Source: Candidatus Aminicenantes bacterium
Lineage (GTDB): Bacteria; Acidobacteriota; Aminicenantia; UBA2199
Direction: 5' to 3'
DNA: 46,570 nucleotides
Assembly (NCBI GenBank): GCA_011772425.1
Contig: WVZO01000394.1
Span: 1-46,570 of the forward strand
The notes below the pieces were generated by a model, which worked only from the letters and a program-made list of their open reading frames with translations, had not been told where the DNA came from and did not search any database. The position numbers were made by a program, and so were the translations under genes. Positions within the stretch are counted from its first letter, which is position 1. Every line of letters starts with the position of its first letter. This document shows, in pieces, positions 1 to 8,070 of this stretch.

Positions 1-151
1 CAAAGACCAATGTAAAGAAAACAATACTCCATTTTTCTTTAAACAATGGGGAGGAACTCGAAAAAAGAAAAATGGACGTATATTGGATGGAAAAATATGG
101 GATGAACTCCCTTTAAAAAGTGAGGAAGTGTCCTTCGGACATGTTTATTAA
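1..151 (+). CDS. C-terminal fragment of a DUF5131 / phage Gp37/Gp68-family protein (runs off the window start)
   Basis: Translation from nt 2: KDQCKENNTPFFFKQWGGTRKKENGRILDGKIWDELPLKSEEVSFGHVY*. The FFFKQWGG...GRxLDG..WDE.P tail is characteristic of this family. Not in the ORF track. Confidence 0.8.
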   Translation, partial: KDQCKENNTPFFFKQWGGTRKKKNGRILDGKIWDELPLKSEEVSFGHVY

Positions 152-237
152 CGCCTTCAGTGAAAAGAAAAAGAGTTTCACCCAGGCCCCGGAATTTCCC
201 GCCGCAGGCGTCTAAAATATGCCCGAAGGGCACCGCT
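124..237 (-). repeat. ~115-bp dispersed REP/MITE-like element, family A, copy 1
   Basis: The reverse complement (AGCGGTGCCCTTCGGGCATATTTTAGACGCCTGCGGCGGGAAATTCCGGGGCCT...) aligns with 43277-43393. Contains a GCCC-TTCG-GGC hairpin. Confidence 0.85.
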
Positions 238-297
238 GTCAGGGAAAAATAACCTCATGTAACACAATTGTAAGCCCATGTAACGGAAACGTAAGGC

Positions 298-525
298 GTG
301 TTTCAACAAAAATATCCGATTGTTCCGGCAAAAAATGGAGATGTTCCAATAAAAAATGCAATTGTTCCGGCAAAAAATGGAGATGTTCTTACTAAAAATG
401 CAATTGTCCCGGCCAAAAATGGAGTTGTTCCGACAAAAACCCCGATTGTTCCGGCAAAAGTTAAAGATGTACCGGTAAAAGCTCCGATTGTACGAGCAAA
501 AGTTGATGCTGAATTTCTTGACTGA
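298..525 (+). CDS. Possible small tandem-repeat protein (14-aa unit PIVPAKNGDVPxKx)
   Basis: ORF built from 42-nt repeats. Several differences between units are synonymous (GTT/GTC/GTA, GCA/GCC). No clear SD, and the antisense frame is also open. Confidence 0.35.
   Translation: MFQQKYPIVPAKNGDVPIKNAIVPAKNGDVLTKNAIVPAKNGVVPTKTPIVPAKVKDVPVKAPIVRAKVDAEFLD
316..510. repeat. Tandem repeat, ~4.6 x 42 nt (underlying 21-nt period)
   Basis: Units start at 316, 358, 400, 442 and 484; first unit CCGATTGTTCCGGCAAAAAATGGAGATGTTCCAATAAAAAAT. Confidence 0.9.
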
Positions 526-538
526 GCCTTTTTGCCTT

Positions 539-949
539 TCACAAATTTACGATAATATCGTACTGAAACCCAATCCTCTGCCCCATCGCCTCAAAATGCT
601 TGTCTTTTGCGAAAATGATTAGATTATTTAATTTGGCATGGGTGGCTATCATAATATCAGTCATGGGTAAGTTTATACCCGAACTCCTTAGTTGACTTGC
701 TATTCTTGAACTTTGAATAAAAAATCCCTGGTCCATTTCCAGGTATTTAAGCCCTGAAAAACTATCGATGATAAACTCAGTTTGTTTTTTGCTTCTAGCA
801 CCGGTTAATAATTCATGGATAATGATTCCATTGTAATAAATCCTGTTATTGGAAATCATTTCCATGATTCGATTTTTAATTGCTTCAGATTTTCCACGAA
901 AAAAATCCACCCATACGGACGTGTCTATAAGATAATCGAAATTACTCAT
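539..949 (-). CDS. vapC: VapC-family PIN-domain toxin
   Basis: LIDTSVW, HELLTGA, TDIMIA and KDKHF motifs carry the PIN acidic residues; overlaps the upstream antitoxin. Confidence 0.9.
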   Translation of the reverse strand: MSNFDYLIDTSVWVDFFRGKSEAIKNRIMEMISNNRIYYNGIIIHELLTGARSKKQTEFIIDSFSGLKYLEMDQGFFIQSSRIASQLRSSGINLPMTDIMIATHAKLNNLIIFAKDKHFEAMGQRIGFQYDIIVNL

Positions 950-1163
950 ATAACTCCTTCATTTCTTGTAATTCCCTGTTTCTTAACTCCCTGACATCCA
1001 GGTCCAAGTCTATCTTACCATATGCATTCATAAGGTTTTGTCTGCGAATCTTACCCAGGTATTCGGATAGTGCATTATTGATGATTTCAGTCTTGTTGGT
1101 GCTCCCGGTATGCTTGCAAATGGCCTGTATTAACGAATCGTCGATGTTTAATGTTGTTCTCAT
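942..1163 (-). CDS. vapB: VapB-family antitoxin
   Basis: MRTTLNIDDSL...TNKTEIINNAL; start moved to ATG 1163, which follows a GGAGG SD; coupled to vapC. Confidence 0.88.
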   Translation of the reverse strand: MRTTLNIDDSLIQAICKHTGSTNKTEIINNALSEYLGKIRRQNLMNAYGKIDLDLDVRELRNRELQEMKELYE

Positions 1164-1242
1164 CTGTACCTCCTGTGCATATAATAATGTCATCTCAATA
1201 ATCTGTCAAGTACTGTGAGAGAATATTTTTAATTTTTCTTTT

Positions 1243-1300
1243 TCTGCCTCCGGCGGCCAGGGGCTCTTTTTAGTAAAAACCGCCCCTGGACCCCGCAAAA
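1243..1300 (+). repeat. REP-like palindromic element, family B, copy 1
   Basis: TGCCTCCGGCGGCCAGGGGCTCTTTTTAGTAAAAACCGCCCCTGGACCCCGCAAAA; near-identical copy at ~44449-44510; CCAGGGG/CCCCTGG stem. Confidence 0.85.
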
Positions 1301-1408
1301 ATCGAAGGTGCCAGGTACTTTATTCTTGCAATAGCTAAAGGTAAAGGTAAGAAATTATGGTATAATCATTAAAAAACAGACTGGAATAGGTAAAAGCAGG
1401 ACGAATAA

Positions 1409-1858
1409 TTGAAACGAGAAATTAAAGATGATCAGTTCGGCAGCCGGTTAAAAGCCATCAGGAAGAGACTGAAAATGCTTCAGGCTGATTTTTGTGAGAA
1501 ACTGAACATCTCGGTGACCAATCTATCGGAGATCGAAAATAATAAAACCAGACCCGGTTATGATTTTTTCTACAAAATAGTAAAAGAGTTTGATGTAAAC
1601 CTGAACTATCTTGTGTTTGGCGAAGGTACGATGTTCAGGAAAATCGGAAAGGAAGAAGGTAAGGGAAAGGTATTGGGATTAGATATTAGCCGATTGGGTT
1701 ATCCGGTAAACAATGAGGCTGTCGAGGAGTTTTTATATTATTTTTTCAATTCCAGGTTTGTTCATTATCGTTTTATGTCTGAACTGGTCCGGGTATCGAG
1801 TGAGAATAAGAATATCATCGATGATGAGATCGAAAAAAAGAAAGCAATTAAGAAGTAA
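1409..1858 (+). CDS. XRE-family HTH transcriptional regulator
   Basis: RLKAIRK...QADF...LSEIENNKTRP...VNLNYLVFGEGTMF; paralogue of 26467-26946. Confidence 0.88.
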   Translation: MKREIKDDQFGSRLKAIRKRLKMLQADFCEKLNISVTNLSEIENNKTRPGYDFFYKIVKEFDVNLNYLVFGEGTMFRKIGKEEGKGKVLGLDISRLGYPVNNEAVEEFLYYFFNSRFVHYRFMSELVRVSSENKNIIDDEIEKKKAIKK

Positions 1859-2002
1859 TTTGGTGCCAGGAAAATTTTTTATTTATCGATTGATAACGGG
1901 TCATACATAGGATTTTATTGCCTGGCGACTTTCTCTTGTACCAGGATGAGGAAATCCACAAATATTGCACTGCAAGATCAGACCCCGTTATCAGTTATCC
2001 TG

Positions 2003-3352
2003 TTATCCGTTATCAGGGGTTACGCTTTCGGGGGCTGAGATCAGCATGACCCGGTCCCATTTGGGCTCGATATCTGTTACCGCGCCCAGCAAGGCTAAAC
2101 CGATACCCGCTGCTCCCTGGATAAAACCGGGGTCATATTGTTCCGCCAGCTCTCCGTCTTCGTTCATGCTGTACTTGCTGAAACCGGCGATACCGGTTCC
2201 CGGTTTTCGTATATTGATTGTATGATGAAACCATTTGCGTGCTTCTTCTTTAAAACGTTCGATCCGGATGGTTTGATATATCCGGTTGAAAAGATGTGCC
2301 AGGCCCGCGGTTCCGTGACACAACGTGGCATCGGGGTAGGTTGTCTTTTGCAGTAACTCATTAAGGTAATCGATGGAGGCATGGGCGGCTTCAATGGCTT
2401 TAGCTGTCCAGGAAGACTCACCGGTACAGCGTGCGGCGGAAAGCAGGGCTGCCGCTAAGCCTAAATCTCCATGGCACCAGCCAAAGGTACCGGATGATTT
2501 TGGTTTGTTATCAGGTGGCAGCAGGAGCAACGGGAAGAGTAAACCGAGATCGCTTCCCTGCTGCTGGGCCAGCAGCCAGGACACCGCACCATCAAGAAGC
2601 TTTCCGGTGACATCCGGCAAAATACCCAGGGCGTGAACACGGGAAAGAAAGGAAATCACTCCCGCAGTGCCGTGAGCGATACCCAACGCATAAAAGCCGT
2701 TGGGATATACCAGCCGCGATCGTTGCGGCAGTGTCTCTGTGGGAGTGAACCAGGTGACTCCCTTTTCGTTATGAGTCGCTAACCGGTCCAGTTGATTGAT
2801 CAATATTTCCAGGAGTGTTTTTGCACCGGGCTGCGGGTATCGCTCCAGTGCATAAACCCCCAATCCCACGCATCCCTCCCATAGATCGAATTTCTCCGGT
2901 TTGGACCAGTGGTCCAGCAGTAACCGGTCGATTTCTATATTGGGATCGGTCTCCGGATCATAGGATTCGTCTTCGTAAAGAAAACCCTGTAGGTGCTGCA
3001 CGACCCAGGCAATACCGCTTAAACCGCGGTATAAACCACCTTCCATCGGTACTGTTTCAAGAGCATCGCAGGCATGGGATATAAACCGGTCTGCTTCGTC
3101 GGCAAACAGGGGGCTGGCAGCGGGAACCCGGGAAAGATACGCATAAAAAAGGGCAATGCCGGAGGAACCATGGGCCAATGATGCACCGCGGGCGATACGA
3201 TACGGTTCTACTGCAACTTTCTCCCGGGGAATCCAGGCTGCAGGAGGATGATGAAGCGCTTTTGCGATCTCATCGACAACTTCAAAAACTTCTTCAGCCT
3301 CTGAACCTTCTAAAATCGGATGCCACTTGTTATCTATACTTTTCTTCTCCAT
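2003..3352 (-). CDS. lanC: Lanthionine synthetase C (class I LanC-type cyclase)
   Basis: Repeated GxxG barrel motifs, GIAHG (catalytic His), FGWCHGD and LCHG (Cys-Cys-His zinc ligands), C-terminal GFIQGAAGIGLALL...WD. Confidence 0.93.
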   Translation of the reverse strand: MEKKSIDNKWHPILEGSEAEEVFEVVDEIAKALHHPPAAWIPREKVAVEPYRIARGASLAHGSSGIALFYAYLSRVPAASPLFADEADRFISHACDALETVPMEGGLYRGLSGIAWVVQHLQGFLYEDESYDPETDPNIEIDRLLLDHWSKPEKFDLWEGCVGLGVYALERYPQPGAKTLLEILINQLDRLATHNEKGVTWFTPTETLPQRSRLVYPNGFYALGIAHGTAGVISFLSRVHALGILPDVTGKLLDGAVSWLLAQQQGSDLGLLFPLLLLPPDNKPKSSGTFGWCHGDLGLAAALLSAARCTGESSWTAKAIEAAHASIDYLNELLQKTTYPDATLCHGTAGLAHLFNRIYQTIRIERFKEEARKWFHHTINIRKPGTGIAGFSKYSMNEDGELAEQYDPGFIQGAAGIGLALLGAVTDIEPKWDRVMLISAPESVTPDNG

Positions 3353-3370
3353 CTTAATTCATAATCCCCA

Positions 3371-3405
3371 ATTCATCATTCATCATTCATCATTCATAAT
3401 TCATA
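3371..3405. repeat. Heptamer tandem repeat ATTCATC x3 + ATTCATA x2
   Basis: Read directly between the precursor gene and lanC. The same motif recurs at ~4999-5024. Confidence 0.9.
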
Positions 3406-3416
3406 GCTTGTCCCAG

Positions 3417-3467
3417 ATTGGACCTCAATCCTCCACAGCCTTTCGGCCATGGAGGTTCGAGGCCAAT
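3417..3467 (-). terminator. Long GNRA-capped stem-loop between precursor and lanC (attenuator or mRNA stabiliser)
   Basis: Minus strand: ATTGG-CCTC-GAA-CCTCCA-TGGCC[GAAA]GGCTG-TGGAGG-ATT-GAGG-TCCAAT. No U-tract follows, so read-through into lanC is plausible. Confidence 0.65.
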
Positions 3468-3482
3468 ACTACAACTACAGGA

Positions 3483-3722
3483 TCAATAGGTTCGGGGCCA
3501 CATACATATGCATGGCCATTTAAATTCTGTACAAGGGTTACAATGTGTTAAGCATGTACATACGGTATCGAAAGTACAATCCAGGGTACATTCATAGGTA
3601 CATGGATAATTGATTGTTTCAGTTTCACCGGCGAGCACTTTCTTGGTGCTTTCCAAACCCAACCTGGCAATGGTTTCTTTGGTTAGTGTAAGCTTACGCC
3701 CAAACTTTTTTTGTTTTTTCAG
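3483..3722 (-). CDS. lanA: Lanthipeptide-type precursor peptide, 79 aa, CTG start
   Basis: AAGGAGG-4 nt-CTG with an in-frame TAA just upstream. Translation: (M)KKQKKFGRKLTLTKETIARLGLESTKKVLAG|ETETINYPCTYECTLDCTFDTVCTCLTHCNPCTEFKWPCICMWPRTY*. KLxLxKETIAxL leader, AG double-Gly-like site, Cys/Thr-rich core, directly upstream of lanC. Confidence 0.88.
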   Translation of the reverse strand: MKKQKKFGRKLTLTKETIARLGLESTKKVLAGETETINYPCTYECTLDCTFDTVCTCLTHCNPCTEFKWPCICMWPRTY

Positions 3723-3787
3723 GTTTCCTCCTTGTTATATAAGAATTTTGGTTTTTGTTGGCAATAAAAGAAAAATATTGACGCCCT

Positions 3788-3796
3788 ATTATACCA
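3788..3796 (-). promoter_or_regulatory. Putative extended -10 promoter for lanA-lanC
   Basis: Minus strand TGGTATAAT (TGnTATAAT) about 65 nt upstream of the CTG; no good -35. Confidence 0.45.
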
Positions 3797-3847
3797 TCCC
3801 AGATTAATGTCCATAGTATATTAATTTACTGGTTTGATAACAAAAAG

Positions 3848-4924
3848 TCAAGTTTTTTTTCTTACCAACCGAATTCTTACGATCTCATTACTGGAAAACA
3901 GCCGCATGGGAACTTCCATGACACAGGTGCCGCAAGAGGTATAAATATACGAACCTTCCTCAACATACAAACCATAGGGATGCTTGTAGAGCAGGCGAAC
4001 AAACAGATCGCCAGGAGGAATTTGCCCCGCATGCGTGTGGCCGGAGAGTTGAAGATCAATCCCATAGGTTTTGGCTGCCTCGAAATATTCCGGCCGGTGA
4101 GAGAGCAGCACCACGGGCTGCGAAGGATTAATAGGTTCGAGGGCTTTGGAGAGGTTTGACCCTGGCAAATCATAATCTCTTCCTTTGCGGTCACAGATAC
4201 CCGCCACCTGGATGCACCCGGCCACGGTGACGGCTTGATTTTTCAGAAGAGTTATACCTGACTCCCGGGCAATCCGGAAAAAATCTTTACCGCCATTGAC
4301 AACATCATGGTTGCCGGTCACAGCCATGATGCCATATTTTGATTTTAGATGTTTTAGTTCTTCAATATAGGGTATCCAGGATTTGATGGTTTTATATCCC
4401 TCGATCAGGTCACCGGTAATCACGATCAGGTCGGGTTTAAGATGATTTACCTTTTCGACGGTATGCCGAAGCCATTTGGGTGTTGCTATGGCACCCAGGT
4501 GAAGGTCGGTGAGCTGGACAATGGTAAAACCGGAAAGCGTTCCCGGCAGTTTGGTATTTGGGATGGTAATTTCCCTAATTGTTGGCAGCCGGGTACCGTT
4601 GAAAATGGAGTAACTCGTGACCAGTATCAGTATCACCAACGCAGCAAATACAATGGTTTGCCTGTGTCTGGCAAACAGGGCTGAAATACCGGTAGAAACG
4701 ATATAGAAGACTAAGGTCATCCCCACCATCCCCAGCCATGTTCCTGTATAACCAAATAGGGCCAGCGGCTCCACCGCTGTCACACCTACAATGATGATCA
4801 CGGAAACCCCACCGCAAAAGAGAAGGAGGAGGGTTATTTTTTGATATTTGTGAAACTTCAAGTCAAGAGTAAAACCTCTATATAGAAGATAAAGCAGGCC
4901 TAACGAAACAATCGCTGCAACCAT
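3848..4924 (-). CDS. Membrane-anchored metallophosphoesterase (YkuE/YaeI-like)
   Basis: N-terminal TM helices; DLH, GDL, GNHD, SHRP and GHTHAGQ motifs. Confidence 0.92.
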   Translation of the reverse strand: MVAAIVSLGLLYLLYRGFTLDLKFHKYQKITLLLLFCGGVSVIIIVGVTAVEPLALFGYTGTWLGMVGMTLVFYIVSTGISALFARHRQTIVFAALVILILVTSYSIFNGTRLPTIREITIPNTKLPGTLSGFTIVQLTDLHLGAIATPKWLRHTVEKVNHLKPDLIVITGDLIEGYKTIKSWIPYIEELKHLKSKYGIMAVTGNHDVVNGGKDFFRIARESGITLLKNQAVTVAGCIQVAGICDRKGRDYDLPGSNLSKALEPINPSQPVVLLSHRPEYFEAAKTYGIDLQLSGHTHAGQIPPGDLFVRLLYKHPYGLYVEEGSYIYTSCGTCVMEVPMRLFSSNEIVRIRLVRKKT

Positions 4925-5246
4925 TTTTCACCTCATTTCATATTTTAAGCGGCCTTAAAAAACATTATTATATATGAAAAAGATATGGATTTCAAACCTC
5001 ATTCACAATTCATCATTCATCATTTAGCTTCCTTAGCAAAACGGGTGCCAATGTGCCGGTTTTGTATTGAAAAATGCATTTTGAGCTGAAATTTATCCTG
5101 GTGAATGATTTGTTATACTCCGGGCTTAAAATGAACGGATTTTTATAATCATTTTGAACTCTGGTTTATAAACTCCTTTTCTTTTTTATTACATCATATA
5201 GGCAGAATTAAAAAAAGAAAAAATTCTTTAAAAGGAGGAAAATAAA

Positions 5247-5852
5247 ATGACCCAGTCAGAAAGAAAACAAAACAGACGGATGAAGTGGGTTCTTTTTTAT
5301 GTTTTCGTGGCTATCTTCGTGGCCATTGTCACCCTAACGATTATGGTGGTCTTCTTTGGTTTCGGGGACACTACGGAGCAGGAAAGGGATTTTCTTTTTA
5401 AAGTATTCATCGGAGAAGTCGGTATTGCTATGATAACGCTATTTAAAGTGCTCTTTGGCTTGAAAAAGAAACCCGTGGGAGAAGAAACAGCGATACCCAG
5501 CGTTAACGGTAGATACAAATACGAGTTGAACCTCACCGGTAATAAAACCACATACCTGGGAGAATGCCGGGTAAAACAGGATGGGCGCGTATTAACTTTT
5601 AATGGTGAGCGGCAAAAAGAATGCAACGGGCTCAAAAAGAAAAAGGTTTCGGTTCATTGGTATTCCAACTGGGCAGAGTTGTGTGCCGACAATAAGGTAC
5701 GCTTAGACTACGCCATCACATTGAATGGAGGCGTTCGGGGTTATGCCATTTTGGATGTGGGAAGTAAAAACTCGACTAAGGGAATGGTTGGTGAATTTCA
5801 CCTGCTTCATGAACCCTATGTTTACGGTACCGTTAAATTCAAGAGAGCTTAA
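5247..5852 (+). CDS. 2TM + beta-strand-rich protein, Cap15/S-2TM-beta-like architecture
   Basis: Strong SD (AAGGAGG); two hydrophobic helices, then PSVNGRYKY...GECRVKQ...GYAIL...MVGEF...GTVKFKR. The CDS is solid; the family call is tentative. Confidence 0.6.
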   Translation: MTQSERKQNRRMKWVLFYVFVAIFVAIVTLTIMVVFFGFGDTTEQERDFLFKVFIGEVGIAMITLFKVLFGLKKKPVGEETAIPSVNGRYKYELNLTGNKTTYLGECRVKQDGRVLTFNGERQKECNGLKKKKVSVHWYSNWAELCADNKVRLDYAITLNGGVRGYAILDVGSKNSTKGMVGEFHLLHEPYVYGTVKFKRA

Positions 5853-5978
5853 ACCAGCCGGGCCTAAACCACAAGGACGACTGTTAGGTTAAGGTTAAGG
5901 AGGAAAACTATTCATCTTGATTTTTATGCCACTTAGCTGTAGTATAGATAAGGAGAAAAGAAAAAAAGGTGAATAAGC

Positions 5979-7991
5979 ATGAAGTTAGAGGTTAAAGTTT
6001 CAGTTATCCTGGTATTTATATTAATTTCCGGTTGGTTGGTGATTCCCGGCCTGGAGCAGGATACGGCAGGTACAAGCGGGAGTGATGAGCAGGAGACGTG
6101 GGTATGCCTGGAAAGCATTACGTTTAATCACGATCCTGTTTACAGTAGTTCCGATGCCATAAATATAAGAAAGAACCGCATGGAGCTGGTGAAAATTCCT
6201 GAGTGGACCAAAGAGGGGGCATCTTACCCGGCGGCTTACATTAGAAATAAAAGTATTACCGTAAAAGCGGTTTTCTCCGCTTCAGCCGATGTGGAAAGCG
6301 CTGAAATAAAAGCAGTAACCCTTCGCGGAAGTCTGGGCGATATATTGCCCAGGACTGTTTTTTTTAAAGATGGTGCCTCAAACCCGGTCCATTTCCAGGT
6401 ATCCACGCCTGCCCCGCGTGAAATAAAATCCTTTGACCAGGAATGGAAGTGGTCTATTCAAGATTTAAACTATATGGATTCTTCCCAGGAACCTATTGGC
6501 AATTCGATAAATAAAATATATATCGTGTTATCGGAGCCTCAATGTCCATGGACAACAAGGGGACCGACAGAACCCTGGACAGATGTGTTGAACTATGCCT
6601 GCGCCTGGGCAGACGGAGAAACCACCCCGGAAGGCGCTGCCGAAAAAATCACGCACCACCTTTACAATGATCTTGGCGGTTCTTATCAACAAGAAGGTTC
6701 CAATTATACAGGTTCTACTTCTGAAAGTTTCGATTTGACAGACTTTTTGGATAGTATTCCCGATATAGGTACGGTTAACTGCCATGATATGGGTAAAGCA
6801 TTGGCTGCCTTCTCCAATGTTGTGGGCTGTGCTTTAAATTATAGAATTAGTGACCCCTTTGGTGATAACCTTCACTGTATAAAACCCATTGGCAAAGATT
6901 CCTGGTGTTGTTCTAAAGAGTTTGCCAATCATGCCTTTGGCAGCATTGGCGATAATATTTTCGATGCCTGCCTGAAAGCGGATGTGGGCAGAGACCCGGA
7001 TCAACAACCGAATATTCCCGGCTGGATGACAAATATCTTATGGGAAGATTACAAAGAGAAGGTGGTAAAGGAGGGAGAACCATTTTATCCTAAAGCCTAT
7101 TCTTTTGGCATCGATGGCATGCCCTTGGAAATAAACGAAGGTTTTTACAGAAAGTGTCTGCAATGGGTAAAAGAGAAATATGATTTTGCCAACTGGGGTT
7201 CAGAAACCGAAAAGGTCATCCCCGGTCTGGCGATATCAGAGAAAACACTTCCACAACTCAGTGGTTTGGAAAAGGCATGGAAAGAGGACCACTATAGGAT
7301 TATAAAAATCCGGGAAACCGCTTTTTTGGTCATGCGCCAGTGGTGGAAGGCAGATGACCGCCAATTCGATGTAAAAATGGTGGTATGCCCGACGTTTGCT
7401 GCGGCTAAGAGATGCCTCATTTTCCATTATGCCGATACCACCAGGAAGACGCCGCTAATTAAACCACCCGGGCGTAAATTCGGCCTAGATATGGGTAACC
7501 TTTGTTTTGTGATGCCGGAGAAGACAGCAGCACCAGGACGAGACGGGAATTTTTCCTATGCCTTCTCAAGTATCGACTTTATCCGCCATAATGTTCTTTT
7601 CATGATGCGGGCCGAAGGCAGCCTCAAGAAAGAACTGGGAACCATGGCCGGGATACTTGATAATCATTTGTTAGAGAAAAAGCCTGTAACAACATATTCG
7701 CAGCTCAAGGATATTCCCTTGATTACTCGTTTTTCCTGTGAAAGGATAGATATTAAACGGGGAGAAAGCGTGCCTTTGCTCCTGGAAGTAAGCAACACGG
7801 GAAAAAGAGAATTACATTATTCCTGGAGAATGACCGGCGGCGGTATTGAGAAAGACGCCAACGGGAATTTTCTCTATTACGGGGGAGATGTTGGCAGCCA
7901 AACCATTACAGTTACCGTTTTGAACGATCTTGGCCTTTACAGCTCAAAATCCCTGGAAGTCAAAGTAAAAAGTAATCAGTGTATTTTTTAA
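5979..7991 (+). CDS. Exported multidomain protein with a transglutaminase-like/cysteine-protease domain
   Basis: N-terminal signal or anchor; VNCHDM...NHAF...IFDAC suggests a Cys-His-Asp triad; Ig/PKD-like C-terminus. Confidence 0.6.
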   Translation: MKLEVKVSVILVFILISGWLVIPGLEQDTAGTSGSDEQETWVCLESITFNHDPVYSSSDAINIRKNRMELVKIPEWTKEGASYPAAYIRNKSITVKAVFSASADVESAEIKAVTLRGSLGDILPRTVFFKDGASNPVHFQVSTPAPREIKSFDQEWKWSIQDLNYMDSSQEPIGNSINKIYIVLSEPQCPWTTRGPTEPWTDVLNYACAWADGETTPEGAAEKITHHLYNDLGGSYQQEGSNYTGSTSESFDLTDFLDSIPDIGTVNCHDMGKALAAFSNVVGCALNYRISDPFGDNLHCIKPIGKDSWCCSKEFANHAFGSIGDNIFDACLKADVGRDPDQQPNIPGWMTNILWEDYKEKVVKEGEPFYPKAYSFGIDGMPLEINEGFYRKCLQWVKEKYDFANWGSETEKVIPGLAISEKTLPQLSGLEKAWKEDHYRIIKIRETAFLVMRQWWKADDRQFDVKMVVCPTFAAAKRCLIFHYADTTRKTPLIKPPGRKFGLDMGNLCFVMPEKTAAPGRDGNFSYAFSSIDFIRHNVLFMMRAEGSLKKELGTMAGILDNHLLEKKPVTTYSQLKDIPLITRFSCERIDIKRGESVPLLLEVSNTGKRELHYSWRMTGGGIEKDANGNFLYYGGDVGSQTITVTVLNDLGLYSSKSLEVKVKSNQCIF

Positions 7992-8070
7992 CTTTTGCCT
8001 TGATTTTTTTTCCTGGCTGTGCTAAAGGATATGCATCATTAAAGAATAAAAAAACACAGGAGGTTAAAAG

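Noticed and set aside
39-233. Paralogous small proteins MPFG(H/Q)ILDACGGKFRGL (also 43281-43499)
   Set aside because: These are translations of the family A DNA repeat; the copies diverge after the element and the first overlaps a real gene antisense.
316-510. CRISPR array
   Set aside because: Repeat units are contiguous with no unique spacers, and no cas genes are present.
3492-3518. WPR/WPC motifs as radical SAM cyclophane sites
   Set aside because: No radical SAM/SPASM gene is in the window; the Thr/Cys pattern and adjacent LanC explain the core better.
3327-3807. Plus-strand ORFs 3327-3551 and 3610-3807
   Set aside because: They are antisense to lanC/lanA; the IHHSSFIIH text is just the heptamer repeat translated.
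3848-4924. Metallophosphoesterase as part of the lanthipeptide cluster
   Set aside because: It is an ordinary membrane YkuE-type enzyme, and a separate promoter candidate lies between it and lanA. Orientation is the only link.
5855-5905. c-di-GMP-I riboswitch (GGCCTAAACCA resembles its second stem)
   Set aside because: The upstream GCAAA/GNRA stem is absent and there is no room for it after the stop codon.
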